The translations under genes and the position numbers were made by a program. From Lama guanicoe (lineage: Eukaryota), in the NCBI GenBank assembly GCA_013239625.1, contig MU053588.1, positions 4,120,799-4,171,427 of the forward strand: 50,629 nucleotides of DNA. Direction: 5' to 3'. Below are positions 50,256 to 50,629 of this stretch, piece by piece. Each line of letters starts with the position of its first letter. The first letter of the stretch is position 1. The notes under the pieces were generated by a model. That model saw only the letters and a program-made list of their open reading frames with translations, did no database searches and was not told where the DNA came from.

Positions 50256-50629
50256 CTAAAATGTGATGCGCCATTAACACCAACACCCACTAGATGAAAA
50301 GTCAACTTGGCATCACTAACAAAAGCAGACAGGAAAGCAGAAAGTTGTTTGGTATGGCAAGTTACATCAAGTTTTATTAACGTCTGGTGCCAGTAATTTC
50401 AATTCTAACCAATTCATCTTCCACGGTTATCCAAAGAGCAGAGCAAAGAGCATCCTTCGCTCAGAGTGAGCACTTCTGAGGGCCTTTCCTGGCGCTGGAG
50501 TGGCTGAAGCACAGGGTCTGCACATTTTACAATTTGACTCGGACTTGTAGACGACCAACTCTTCCTCCAAAAATACCATGAAAACTGACAGTTCCAATGG
50601 CGCCTAATTTCAGAGTAGCCATGTCTGCA

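Overview
Mammalian genomic DNA, most likely camelid (camel/alpaca/llama lineage), judged from five copies of a short tRNA-derived SINE resembling camelid Vic-1. The window covers part of a tandem KRAB-C2H2 zinc-finger cluster with all genes on the minus strand, in the order I recall for human 19q13.31. (1) ZNF112: CpG-island promoter at ~26.8 kb, ATG micro-exon, KRAB-A, KRAB-B, and the start of the last exon running off the left edge. (2) ZNF285: complete, promoter at ~42.3 kb, 9 intact fingers. (3) ZNF229: KRAB-A, a 96-bp KRAB-B exon and the finger exon; its 5' end lies beyond the right edge. Gene names come from my recollection of the human proteins, not from a search. The rest is mostly L1, L2, MIR, LTR, Tigger and hAT (Cheshire/MER58) relics. 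I see no evidence of a wholly new biological system. The most interesting signals are evolutionary: a 2-nt frameshift plus other lesions in ZNF229, a 1-nt frameshift changing the ZNF285 C-terminus, live and dead KRAB-B exons, fossil fingers and a shared 3' end in the ZNF285/ZNF229 pair, a triplicated ETS+ZNF143 promoter module, and small TSD-flanked insertions of unknown origin. Most short ORFs in the supplied track are spurious.
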